Shown: positions 25,791-38,499 of the stretch, piece by piece
How the letters are laid out: every line of letters begins with the position of its first letter
Position numbering within the stretch: position 1 is the stretch's first letter
NCBI RefSeq assembly: GCF_009834535.1
Contig: NC_045696.1
Location: 16,804,001 to 16,868,000, forward strand
Direction: 5' to 3'
Origin: Camelus ferus
Taxonomy: Eukaryota
Length of the DNA: 64,000 bases
Translations under genes and position numbers: made by a program
Notes under the pieces: model-generated
Seen by the model: the letters and a program-made list of their open reading frames with translations, nothing else
Told to the model about the DNA's origin: nothing
The model's database searches: none

Positions 25791-28700
25791 ACACATATTT
25801 TTCAGATAACACTGGGAACATTGGTGATAAGTGGAGTCTGAAAGAACTGGAAATTAAGGGAAGAGGAAATGGAGAAAAATATCTTTATTACACACTTGCT
25901 AAAATTATTAGAAATTAAAAGTAAATATCTCAGCAAAATTTAATAAATATGCTGACCTATAACTCTTATATTGTAGTCTTTTAAATTATGTTAATATGCA
26001 CTACCAATTGAAAGAAACACAGATATTCTGAAGGTTGCATTATTCTCAAATACTAAAAGTACTGAAAGTAAGATTTATGATATATAAGATGTATTGAGTT
26101 TTGTGTGGGTCTTTGATACATCCATCTCCATTCCAATTGTAATATGACCTTTTCCAATCACATTAGCTGAGATCACATTTTCGGTGTGTAATTAAAAAAT
26201 TATCATCTTAACATAAATTCTGATAGAGTGCATGATAAGTGAATTTATACTTGTACATATGTGCAAATATAAGAACTAATGAATGAATGAGTGAATGAAT
26301 TTCTTAATCATAATCCTTAGAAGGTCTTGAGGTACAATTTTATTAATCTATGAAAGTCTCACCCAGAGACAATAATTGTATTTTTTTACATGGAAAGAGA
26401 AATAGATAAAACTGCTGGTTAGGGTGACTCTTTGGCAATGCTGATGGAACATTAAGGATCAGCAGGGACCCCCAGGCAGGTTCCACCCCATAGCATCTTC
26501 TGGATTGAAAGCAGCAGGGGAATCCTATTCCACATCATTTCCCAAATCATTTTTCTTCTTGAGAAGAATGACTAACAACTGTGAAGGAAAATTGAAGTCT
26601 TACTAGACTTTTGAAAGGAGAAGGAGATTACAACCATGAAAGTTTATGGAAATAAATGGACTAAAGTAATTTTAGAAGAATGAATGTATCTTGTAAGGTT
26701 ATTAAGTTATTAAACATATATGTGCCATTTATAGTGGCTCTTTTAATTACTTAGAATTCTAGGCTCAATATTTTGGATCAATAATTTAGATTTTAACAGT
26801 GACACTTTTCTTCTGTCTTTTCTAGTACAGGAAAAAATCGTCATAATTTTAGAAAATACAAAGAAAACCTTTCACTGAAGTTTCAAAATTGTGTTTGGTG
26901 AGTCATTACTGAGTTTAAATATAAAAGAAAATATTCTGTTCCCCTGGAGATTCAAACAAATCTGAGAGTTCAGCTTGCTTCTGAGTAGTGCTCATCAGAA
27001 CTATGAGCTTTTATTCATATAAGATACACAAACATACATTTTCTTTGAATGTTCATAGTTTGTTGATGTGCTGGTGCTTCTTCGTTCTATTGTCCTCAGC
27101 CTGCATAAGAACAGGGATGAAAAATTGAGTTGGCTTAAGGCATTAACAAAATCTTAACTGCTGGAAGCAAAAGAGATGAGAGAGTTTGCTGGGTAAGCAA
27201 ATCTGCACTAAATTGTTCAGGACAAAACCCTGCACCCTAAACGTGTTTTGAATGTGCATTATTTTGTTACAAATAGGACATGAATAAAATCTACAGAAAA
27301 AGGAGAAATCTCATTTTGCACAATTTAATTAAAATCACTGAGGATCCTACAATGTTATTTTAGGGGTCTGATCTAAAAGAAATGCTGAAACATTAATATG
27401 GAAAATAAATTCTCGGAATTGGAGTACACAATAGCTGCCCCTTCGCTTCCAGTGTGAATATCTGGATTGGTGTCATAAACGGTTCAATCTTCCTTTAAAG
27501 TGGTCATGCTTTTCCCCCCAAGTATCAAGAGTTACTGTCAGATTGTCAATTTTATCTAGTTTTCTTAAAGCCAGTGTTTAACTAGATTAGATCAATCCCC
27601 AAATCCTATTTGTTGTCAGATAATTGGTAATTAACTAATAAATAGTGAAGTGCTAAAACAGAGTCTGGTCCATAGTAATCACTCAATAAATATGAACAAT
27701 AAACTTATACTCGTGACTATTATTAATGGGTAACGTCTCAGTCAAGTCTCTGCATATAAAATCTTGAGTATCCGGGGTTGAATAAACCATGCGAAGTCTG
27801 TTTTGCCATGCCCCATTTGCAGACCTAACTTAATCTCCCTGCACAAGTAATCTCCACAAAAAGTAAAAGGTAGTACCACTGCGTTTTTAACTAGAAAAAA
27901 GCTGATAGTAATTAGGAGAAAATATGGAAAAATGACATGTGAAGGGAGATATTTCAAAAGTTCTTTGTAAGTTAATTAGAAGCTTAAAGATGCTGTCAAA
28001 ATGTATTTTGCATGATTTAAGATGAAACCTTTGAAAAGAGGGATAATATCTGATAAATTATCCTATCAACTGCTGTACATAATCCTGTTATTTCAGGCAA
28101 GATAATTGCATGGTAAACAGCGTTAACTATTCATTAGCTGTAGCTGTTCTCGCTGATTCTTTTTCAGCTGGGCAGATTTAATTTAGTGTCAAGAAAAATA
28201 CTGCAAATCAACTCTGTCGTATAAACTAAGTAAATCCAAGAATAAATAAATAGGAAATAATTCACACACATATAAAGATAGTCTGTGTTTAAAGAATAAA
28301 ATTTCTCACATCTAATCATCATGAAACTATATTAGATGGCTGTAAATATCTGTAAGTAGTGACACTTACAACCAATAGAGTATTTTGGTTAAGTGCTCAG
28401 TGTATATGGGTATGTTAGATGTTGTAAAGAATCACTAGCGAATTAGTTAAATACTACCATATTTGTTCATCATAGTCAAAATAGAATTTTTCTGTCTGAT
28501 TGAAACTGATTTCTTGCTTATTCCTGCCTATAGTGTATTGTTTATAGGAAAAACTGTGATTGAGTTTTACATGGACATGTAAACTTTATCATTTCCTCTT
28601 TTAATAGAGATGGAGATTTACTTGATGTTTTCAGAAAACATTTTCAAACCAAAACATACATTCTTTTTGGAAATAATAAGTATTTTTCTTCCTCCAGTTG

Positions 28701-29174
28701 TCAAATAAGGGCCTTTTTCAGTGACTTGGTTATCTGTCTTTATTTTTACTTTTGAAATCTTACTTAAAATAAGATTTTTAAAGAATACATTTTATGGGGA
28801 GAGTTATTTCTATAAATTATTCCTTCCTAGTAAATATTTTCCTCCTGATAATTATGAACAAAATTAAATGCTACAGTAAAAAACAGGTTATTTATATTGG
28901 AAAAATACCTAACAAATGAATAATATATTTGAGGTTTTACACTTTAATTCTTGCATCTTTTTAAAATACGTATATGTTAAAATATTTTCTAAAGAATGAT
29001 GTTACTGAATATGGACAGCCCATCAGATAATCCTGGCCATTTCAACATCACCTCAGGGGAAATTTCTTAAGTAAATCCACAGGTAGGTGATGAAGAAAAA
29101 AGTCATGATTAACTTGGAGAAGAGAAACCAAAGGAGATATTCAATGATTGTTACAATTCAGTATTTGTAATATC

Positions 29175-29396
29175 TTTTTTTTTAACTTTTTTTATTGATT
29201 TATAATCATTTTACAATGTTGTGTCAAATTTCAATGTAAGCACAATTTTTCAGTTATACATGAACATATATATATAATTCATTGCCACATTGTTTTCTCT
29301 GTGAGCTAACATAAGATCTTGTATGTATTTCCCTGTGCTATACAGTATAATTTTGTTTATCTATTCTACATTTTGAAATCCCAGGCTATCCCTTCC
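29175..29396 (-). mobile_element. Young camelid-type L1 3' end, 5'-truncated
   Basis: Poly(T) then ttattgatttataatcattttacaatgttgtgtcaaatt; highly similar to the copy at 62367-62578. Confidence 0.85.
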
Positions 29397-29566
29397 TTGT
29401 ATAGAAAATAGATTTCAGTTCTCTTTTTTCCAAAGGAACAGTGAACCTAATTTAAAAGAGAAAAATTCTGATTCATTTCTTGCATAATCTTAGCATTCAG
29501 ATATTTAAAAAACATTTGAGTTTTAAAAAATTTTATCAGCCTTTTCTTAAAACAGATTTCTTCCTT

Positions 29567-29686
29567 CTTTTCTTTTCTTTTCTTTTTTTCTTTCTTTTCT
29601 TTTCTTTTCTTTTCTTTTCTTTTCTTTTCTTTTCTTTTCTTTTCTTTTCTTTTCTTTTCTTTCCTTTCTTTTCTTTTCTTTTTCTT
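29567..29686. repeat. (TTTTC)n microsatellite
   Basis: Seen directly; it explains the low-complexity ORFs 29447-29761 and 29480-29719. Confidence 0.97.
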
Positions 29687-30369
29687 GTAACAGCTATCAA
29701 TAGGACAAGTAGCTGCTAGGGATATAAAACGTTTAGAAGCCAGTCTGGACATGATGCTCATATTCTATGGACAATTTATGTGATCACATGGCTCCAACAT
29801 AACACCAAGAAAAGCAGGGAAATGGAACTTTATTGTTAGCTCAGTAACAGAGCCCAGTATCTATATCTAAATTATATAAATGTATTCAAAATTATGTTTA
29901 AAAGTTTAAATACATTTATTTACTTAATCAATATTCATTAAATGTATTCTATGCCAAACCTTATGGTATGTCCTATATGTAAAATATTGATAAAACTTAG
30001 CCTCTACATTTAAATAATACTTATGTTAAATTGATTTTACTATATGCTCAACTGTCATTTGAGTGCTATTTTATTCTTTTGCTTACAGAACTAAGATCAT
30101 AACAAGGTAGTCAATAAATAAACATTAATCTGAACTCTAAATCTAATCACTTTGTAGATTGATTTTTCCTTTAAAGGCTTTACATGTTTCCTCCACATAG
30201 CTGTTATACATAATTTTAATTTTGACATGATTTTGTATGTTTAAATAGTTATAACTACAAAACAAGATAAATATAGAAAAAAAGAGAAGGAAACAGAGAA
30301 TAGAGATTCGTAACAATAAAAGAACTTGGGTGGAGTGAATTATTTTCACGAAGGATGCTTTTATATCTA

Positions 30370-30475
30370 TAGTATAATAAAAATATATGTGTATTTGGTC
30401 ATTGTCTCCAATTCCTGGCACAGAACTCTTAAAATTCTTGGAATTTCCTGAGTGGTGGGAGTGTCTTTTGTTATT
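30370..30475 (+). mobile_element. MER21-family LTR 5' fragment
   Basis: tatttggtcattgtctccaattcctggcacagaactcttaaaattcttggaatttcctgagtg. Confidence 0.6.
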
Positions 30476-31220
30476 TGAAAGTTTAGGGAAGCATGTTAAT
30501 GGACCCTTTCATTTGTGCTGGTGAAATGTTTGAACCTTGTTCCAAGAAAATGGGATCGACAAGGCAATGAAATGGTAAATTACTTTGCATAATAAATTTA
30601 AATGGGTCATCCTTGGATGTAGTTGTTTCATGTAAGGAAATGTTTAATTTCCCTTTGTTGCTGCCAAGACAGGCATTAGAGTCTCTGGGCCTTGAGAAGA
30701 CAAGAGATTGGAAAACAGATGGTCACTTGCTGCAATGTAAGATGAGGAATAGGTGCCCGAGGGAAGAGAGGCTGAGTACAGAACTTTCTGTGAGAGACGT
30801 AGGTGGGAATTCAATGATATATGATATTTAGTGATGAATTTTTGCTTTCCGTGTTGTTTTTATTGTGTCCTCAATAACACCAGTTAAGCTCAAAAGACTT
30901 TTATTAGTCTTATTAGTACTACTTTGTCAAATGAATAAGGAAGTGGGAAAAAGAAATCAGTAGGGAAAGCAGAGATAAATTATTTTTATCATATTAGAAA
31001 GTATAGTTTTATCAATTTGTATTGTTTTCCTATAGCTTTTGCTATAAGCTTGGATAAATGAAAGTTGTTTGACAACAATCATGCTATTAAAAGAGTAAAA
31101 ATTATATGCTAGAAAATATTATTCTTTTTTCCATTCTATGATTCATATTTCATGAAACAGTAGCCTATAATGTTGATTTGAGAAGAACCTGCTTTGACAT
31201 ATTTGAATAATCTGTTAGAT

Positions 31221-31837
31221 TGTTATCAAACCAAACTGGGATCTTCTCACCCACATGCAGTAAAACCAATCTACTGACATGGGGTTGTGGTGAAGAAAAG
31301 TGCAGAGTTTATTGCAGGAGCCAAACAAGGAGTGCAGGTGGCTAATACTCAAAAAACTCAAACTCCTTAATGGTTTTTAGGGAGATGGTTTTTAGGGAGA
31401 CAGTTTTTAAAGATAGAATGAGGGAGAAGGTGCATTCTTCTGATTGGTTGGTGGTGGGGTAATCAAAAATCAAGATCATCAACCTTCTGATTCCAATTAG
31501 TCTGTGTCTACATGCTCGTGGTCAACATGAAGTGAACTTCTATTTGGTGGGAATCTCAGTATCTGCAAAACAGCTCAAAGGACATGGCTCAGAATGTTAT
31601 TCCTTGAGGAGGAACTAAATGTCCTTGAATTTGTTTAATGGCTAAACCATTATTATTTTGTCTTGCTTGACTGTTTTCCTTTGTTTCTGCATTTTCTCAT
31701 TTCTCTGATTAAATTTAGTATTTGGAACTCAGAGAAGCCCTCGGAGGCTAAAGTTTTTCTACAAACAAGAGGAAGATGGAGGAAATGGGGGAGTGTATCT
31801 GTCCCAGGAAGGCCCTATATGGTCCTGTTCAGTTACA
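31221..31837 (-). mobile_element. ERV1-type solo LTR
   Basis: TG...CA termini and an antisense AATAAA; colinear homology with 50298-50888; TSD not clean (agat/actt). Confidence 0.8.
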
Positions 31838-31959
31838 ACTTGTGATTTAATTTTTTATCTCACTCATTTATTACCTATAGGATTAAAGCAAGGGTACCAT
31901 TTAAAAATATTTCTATAAAAATGAGAAACAATTTAATCCTTAATGGATTTAAATTACCT

Positions 31960-32180
31960 TGAAGAGTTGTGAACTGTTTTGCAGTAGCCTGACCATGAAG
32001 GATGTTAACTTGGAACAAAGAGGACTTGATGGAGATGGAGGTAGGTGGGAGAATTTGAGAGAATTTTAGGAGATAATACCTGAAGGACACAAATAAGAGT
32101 GTTGATGGCTAAATTCTGAGTTTCTGGCTTCAAAATCTAAGTAGTTGATGTTGCCAATTCTTGTGATTGGAAATAAGGGA
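31960..32180 (-). mobile_element. L2 fragment
   Basis: atttgagagaattttaggag...tttctggctt resembles antisense L2. Confidence 0.5.
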
Positions 32181-33904
32181 TAAAAAGATATTGAACTCCT
32201 TTAAAAGCTTGTAGTCTCTACATTTTTTACAACTTGAATTACGAAAATTAAATTTTAATCTATTAAAATCTGATTTTAAGAAAAGTAATATAAAGTTTCT
32301 ATCTCATGTAATTTAAAGTGTATTATATATTTAATTTAATTTTGTTGACAAGAGTAAGATGTGTAGTTGTTTAGCTATTGACTTTGTGTGCATATGTATG
32401 CATCTGTATATATAAAGAATGAGATATTATAAAATGAATTGCCCTTTAGAGCTGTCTTAAAAGGCATCCATTTTACTTTGTTTCATTTAAAATTTTTCAT
32501 TATCAATCCCTTAGATTTCTTGTGTCAGAGTAAAAGAGTCTGATGAGTGAACAAACTAGTAACTTGAGGGAAATAAAGCACTTTCATGAAATGGAAAAAA
32601 TTGTGTGCAAAACAGTAATGACTAGTTTGGAAAATGTAGTTGGTTTCATACATTCAGGAAACTGATATTGAGAACCCCCTGCTGTCCTTCTGCATATTGG
32701 AACTAACTTAAATTCATAATGCCACCTGCTAACACTGGTTTTCTTTCTATGAATTGTAATGAGTTAGAACATTTAGCAGAGTTTGATAAATTCTAGGGAA
32801 AAAATGTTTATGTTGTTAAATTTTTTGATACTTTTTATTATTGGAAAAAATTTAACAGTCTATAGCCATATAATCTGAAAAATTAATATATATATATTTA
32901 CATAAGGAGCTAATAAACTAAATTTCATGATGGGAAATATACAGTTTAATTCTCCCTTACTACTCCTTAATATCAAGAATGAAGAAAGGCAAGAAATTAA
33001 TATCATCATAGAAGATTTTTAACATACCACTACAAAATTGTTACTTCTGAAACTGAGGGACAACATATATGTACATTACAACTGAATTAGAACAATTAGA
33101 ATTAAGGCAATTAGACAATTGGATTTTAATATTTAGTTTGTTTTTGTATGAAACACTGTGTTTTAAAGAAATTCCAAGTAAACAGTACTGATTAAATAGA
33201 TTACTTCAGCTGATTAGCGTATGTCAAATGGTATCTTAAGATTTTGTTGTCACTTAGCAATGATATAAAATATTTCTCCATATGTTTCCAAGTGAACAAT
33301 GTGATGACAACTCTTTAATTAACTTAGGACTTGACTGCTTCATCCATTGAATGCTTGCTGTAGCTTCTACACTAATGTAGTTGCTTATAAGCTAATGTTT
33401 GTTAACTTGGCATTTTCCAGATACGTTGACAGGAGGAAATTAAAAATGAATTTTCTAAAGGTTAGTTAATTACAGATAATAAATTTTGTTATGCAAATGT
33501 GAAAATGATTTAATTTCTCAACAACACATATTGAGCCAGTAAATTAAGGCTTACCTTTTATTTGCAATGTTAAATTGCCAATGAGACTGAAGGTTATTCA
33601 ATCATAAGAAATTTTAAGTTTCTAAGTGTTTTTGATCTTTTCCTTTGGAAGGAATCTAGGGATCAAACTTTGGTCCTCTGAGGCTCCCTTTAGAGCTTTG
33701 AGTCAATGATAAAATACATTTTTACCTTGAAATTAATCTTCCAAAGTTTAAGTCAGAGTTTAGGAGTAGATACTGCATATTAGAAAAATTTGTGGTGTTT
33801 TACTAAATCATTCAGCCCATAAAATGTATTCTTTTTATCTAAAAAATATGTTTCAGTATGATTAGTTTTATTGTATCTTACAGTAACAAGAAGAATACTA
33901 TTTG

Positions 33905-34220
33905 ACAGCCCCACCTGGAATAATCTTTGCGTGTTCCTCAATACACCACTTCCATTTACCTGATGACACCCACTCTGCCTTCAGAGATTAGCTCAAATGT
34001 CAGTCACATTTCTTTGTTGTATATTCTTTCTTATTTTTCTTTTATAACACTTTTCATGGGCTGTGAAAAATACACTTATTTTGCAATATTTGTTACCCTG
34101 CTGGGCTGTAAGCTCCAAGAAGAGAAAGACCATTTCTATTTCTTAGTTCACTTTTTATCTCTAGCATCTATCACACTACTAGGCACATGTTCAAGCAATA
34201 TTTATTTAATGAATAAAAAT
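33905..34220 (+). mobile_element. L2 3' region
   Basis: agctcaaatgtca...ctgtaagctccaagaagagaaagacc...aggcacat...aatatttatttaatgaat. Confidence 0.7.
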
Positions 34221-34606
34221 ATAAACAGGATATATCACATATATCTATAGAAATTGGTGATCAGATAAAATGGCAAAGATATTTGTAACAACTGATTTGA
34301 AGAGGTGTCAGTTTTTCTTAAGACTATCTTTCAAATGAAGTATGATGAAAACTAAGCATACTAAAATAAAAATACACTTGAACAAGGGAGTTGTTTCATG
34401 AAACTGTAGAGCTGCCAAGACCTATGAAGTCAAGGTCTGTGGCCATTCAGTGATCAAATTAGACAAACAGAACTTGGATTACAGACAGAAATGAGTTTAC
34501 TTTTATTTACTTCGATGAACGTACTTAATACCAAAGAGGCAAAGCCCTGTGCTAGGTACTGTGGAGATAGATTTATCTGCTCATCTGCAAAGGCAAACAC
34601 TGAGGC

Positions 34607-34677
34607 AGAATTACAAGCAAGAATTACAATTACAAGAATTGTAATTACAATTACAAGAATTACAAGAATTACAAGAA
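34607..34677. repeat. AGAATTACA/ATTACA mixed tandem repeat
   Basis: Interspersed 9-bp and 6-bp units seen directly. Confidence 0.9.
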
Positions 34678-35257
34678 CTTTGCATACCCCTATTTCATTG
34701 TGACTTCTGTGTAACCCAACTATCTACAATGTTAGACACATTTGACACACTGATGGGATTCCTAAATGCAGAATTTCTTATGAAAAGCATTACCTGAGAA
34801 TAACCCAAAACACAGCATGGCTAAGATAGCAAACACTATGTTTGAAGTAGTTATACTAAACTTATTTAATTAATTTCAACGTCTGTGATAATTTTATAGA
34901 CTCAAATTGAGTTCCCTTTAGGTCACCAAGCTCACCTCACCTAAGCGTTTGGCAACTACATATAAGGAAGACTTATCTACTTTTTTAGCCTGTTTGGTTT
35001 TTCTAACTCAAGTGTTTTCCATAGTGTTATCACACAAAGTTCTTTATCCATATTGTTATTAACATTTCTCAGCCAGTCCTTATGGGTAGGGCTGAGACCC
35101 GTTCCCACATTTGTGGAAGGAAGGCGGCTGGGACCATTCTTCTGTTGCTTGGGATGAAAAAGTTCACTTAAAAAGCATCAGCTTTGACTCCTTTCTTTGT
35201 ATGGGTAATGATTTCTTTTTTCCTTCATTTCCTTCATCTTCTTTCCTTCCTTTCTCT

Positions 35258-35620
35258 TGTAGTTGATTCCCAGATACAAGGCGGATCCTCACCTAAAATT
35301 TAGTTCCAGTGTCAAGACTAATAACATCACATTCACCAAGAGGATATGAAAAGATGTTTTTATTCACATAATGAGGCTTTATGAAAACAGGGAGGGCTTC
35401 CCAAACTGATCAAAAAAAAAAAAAAAAAAAAAAGAAGAAGCTTGAGAGAGTAGAGAAAGGAGACTGGCTTTGGATTTTTGTGGTGATTAGGGGGTGAAGC
35501 AGGAGTCAGTGTCACCTGGGCTAGGACTGTCACCAAGGAGGGAGCACCCAGGCTTTCTTATACAAAGTGCTCATATATGAGACAGAAAAGAAAGAATAAA
35601 CATTAAAAAATGGAATCAGA
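35258..35620 (-). mobile_element. ERV1-type LTR fragment (MER89/MER90/MER110-like; name uncertain)
   Basis: Reverse complement aligns by eye to both 52865-52900 and 53825-54030; contains an internal poly(A) expansion. Confidence 0.65.
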
Positions 35621-35624
35621 CTTT

Positions 35625-35705
35625 ACTTCCCTTCTTCCATTTTTTTCCTTTCTTCTTTCCTTCTTTTCTTCCTTCCTTCTTTCCTTCCTTCGTTCCTATG
35701 TTCCT
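35625..35705. repeat. Polypyrimidine (TTCC)n-like tract
   Basis: Seen directly. Confidence 0.85.
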
Positions 35706-37064
35706 TCTCTGTATGTGCACTGTGCCTTTTCTTTTGTCTGGCATCCTTCCTTTTTTTAGCCTTTTATGTTTTTGCTCTCATTCCAATTTAAAATTGTTAT
35801 GTATCCTTAAGAGAGCCTATGGATTCATAGAGAAAGTACAGCCTTTTTCACAATGCCCCAAACAAGACAATTCATCCCAGGCAGCAATGCTTGTATCTCA
35901 TGCCTTGATGTTTCCCCAAATTGGACTCAGTAGGCTTTTCACTTCTGAGCATCTCAGTAGAGATTCAAAGGATGCACCACATGAAGAAAGAAACAAATAG
36001 AATCAGTTCATTAACTTGAGCACACTTCTGCCATCTGTCTCTGGATTATTGAGCCCTACCACACATTATATAATAGTACTGAATAAAATAATTACAAGTT
36101 GCAAATTTCGTGATAAACCAAAATAAAAAATATTACAATATGTTGGGCTTCTCTTTAGTCTAAAGCTGATATATGCCTGTATATTAAGTAAAAACAAACA
36201 AAAAAAGATAATCTAATTACCAGAATTCAAGTGATTATATAAGCTGCTCACTAATACCACAGTTTCTCTTTCAAATATTAGAATTTTTCTTAGGGCTTAG
36301 AAGCTTAGTCCAGTCTCTCTATCCCATCATTTTAATCATAAGTTTGTAGATAAAGTAAATAATTATAATTGAGCTACATTTTTAAAAATAGTGAGCTTTA
36401 TTTGTATATATCCATGGAATTCATTTTGTCATCACAAAGTAGAATTTAATATTTAATAAAGCATATGACTAGGTGATGAGGGTATAATTTCAAATTTATG
36501 ACTGATTTTTCAGTGTCAGACATTTAGTTGTAAGGACTGAGAGATGAAAAGACTTTGCACTTTTCCTGTTTGCACCTGTTTCTAAGTGGAGATGACTTGA
36601 TGTCATTTTTTGTCTTTCAGGCTATTAACAGGCTTTTGCATCTCCACGTGGATTATGGTTTCTCTCTTTCATCAACCCCTCTCTCCACGATGTTTATTCT
36701 CAGGTAAGTCTCTCACTCTTCTTACTTCTTTGGATTAGCCTTATATTTTATCAACTCTTTTACATTACATGTTCTTACAGTTTTACACGTGTTTTCTTTT
36801 GATATATCAATCATTAACCTGAGCATATTTTATATACATCTTTCCGTCCTGCTACTCCTTTTCCAGTATATTCAAATACTTTCAAAAGAAATTTTTTAGG
36901 AACTACAGCTATCTGTACTGACGTAACCTCCTACTTATTCGTGAGATAGTGAGGGAAGTCGGAGATGGCAAAAGTCTGTTTCTTGAACCACGGGTACTAT
37001 ATTTGATACTCTTTTATGTTATATTCTTACCCTTTAGACAACAATCATGATATTGTTTTTATAC

Positions 37065-38495
37065 TTGATAGAGTACTGTTTCCATCACCTCGTATCAAGG
37101 GTTCCTATTATCAGCATGATTTATCACTTGGATGTTAACTCGATTACCCCGATGAGGCAGTGTTCGTCAGCTTGCTTCACAGTCATTACTCGCACACCCC
37201 CTTTCCATATGTTACTGTTTGAAAGGGCGTATCTATACACAGCTCACACTTACAGAGTGGGGAATTATGATCCCTCTTATTGACTGCAGGGTATCCACAT
37301 AATTTGGAATTTTTGTTGGTTAATTTTATGTATCACTCTGGCTAGGATATCGTGTCTGGCTGTTTGGTCAAACACTGATCTGTGTACGGTTGTGAAGGTA
37401 TCTTGTAGGTGTCACTAGTATCTCCAGTCAGTTGATTTTAAGTAAAGCAAATTACTCTCCATTATGTGGGTGAGTCTCATCCAATTAGTTGAAGACCTTA
37501 AATTGAGGTTTCTCAGAATAGAAGAAATTCTGCTTCAGCACTCTAACATATAAATCCTGCCTGAGTTTCCAACCCTCTGTTATGTCCTGCAGGTTATGGA
37601 CTTCCCATTCTCCGCAGTTGCACTAACCAGTTCCTTAAAACCTGTCTGCCTGCCTGTGTCTGTGTGTCTGTTTGTCTGTCTGTCTGTCTGTCTCTCTGTA
37701 CCTATCTATCTATCTATCTACAAATCTATCACCTATAGGTTCAATATCTCTGGAGAACACTGTTACAGAATCCTTCTGCCTAGGAGTTTGGCTTTTATCT
37801 TAAATATATTTATTTATTTAATCATTTATTTATATTAGTATGGGCTCATGAATATTTATTTTATACTTTGGATTACTATTCTGGTACTTTCTTACTCTTT
37901 TGTTCCTTAAATTTTTCACTTTTTCCCATTAGGAGTTCATTTAGTTGTCTCCTATGTCTTTTTGATATATCCCATCAATATAAGATTTTTTTTTTTTTGA
38001 GTACTTTCGTACTTTCTGTCACTACAAGATGCTCAATCTCATCTTTCATATTTCTTCCCTCAATATTTGAACCAGCCATTTCTTCAGAAGCCCTGATTCC
38101 TTTAACTGCAGAATGGTACTAGAAACCATGATCTGGACATTAGGTGTGCTTGCTGCTGCTAGAGCATCATTGATGCTAGGCTCTCTCAGCTGAAAAAGCA
38201 AGGAAATATATTTATGTACACAAATCTGGGTATATATGCACATCAATACATATTCCTATATGTAACCACCTATGTCCATATTAGGCTAAATATGGCCTTA
38301 CACTGAAGTCTCTAACTCTATAATCTATTATCACATGTCATTCTAGCCTCTTCCCTTTGCTCTTATGTAAATCCCCGACTCCAGCAGTGAGAAACCTGGT
38401 CTTCACTGTTTGCTATCCATTTACTTAATTATTCAATTCCAGTATACATATACAGCAGCATCAGAATTGGTGATTCTTACCTTAAGGGGGAAACA
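37065..38495 (-). mobile_element. L1MC-type 3' UTR interrupted by MLT2
   Basis: Shares motifs with 19658-20650 and resumes after the MLT2 insertion. Confidence 0.75.
37312..37767 (+). mobile_element. MLT2 (ERVL) solo LTR with internal (GTCT)n/(ATCT)n
   Basis: ggttaattttatg...tgtttggtcaaacac...taagtaaagca...ctctggagaac...taca; 5-bp TSD gaat[t/c]. Confidence 0.85.
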
Positions 38496-38499
38496 ATTT

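Noticed and set aside
29447..29761. Lys/Arg/Glu-rich 104-aa ORF
   Set aside because: It is the translation of the (TTTTC)n microsatellite
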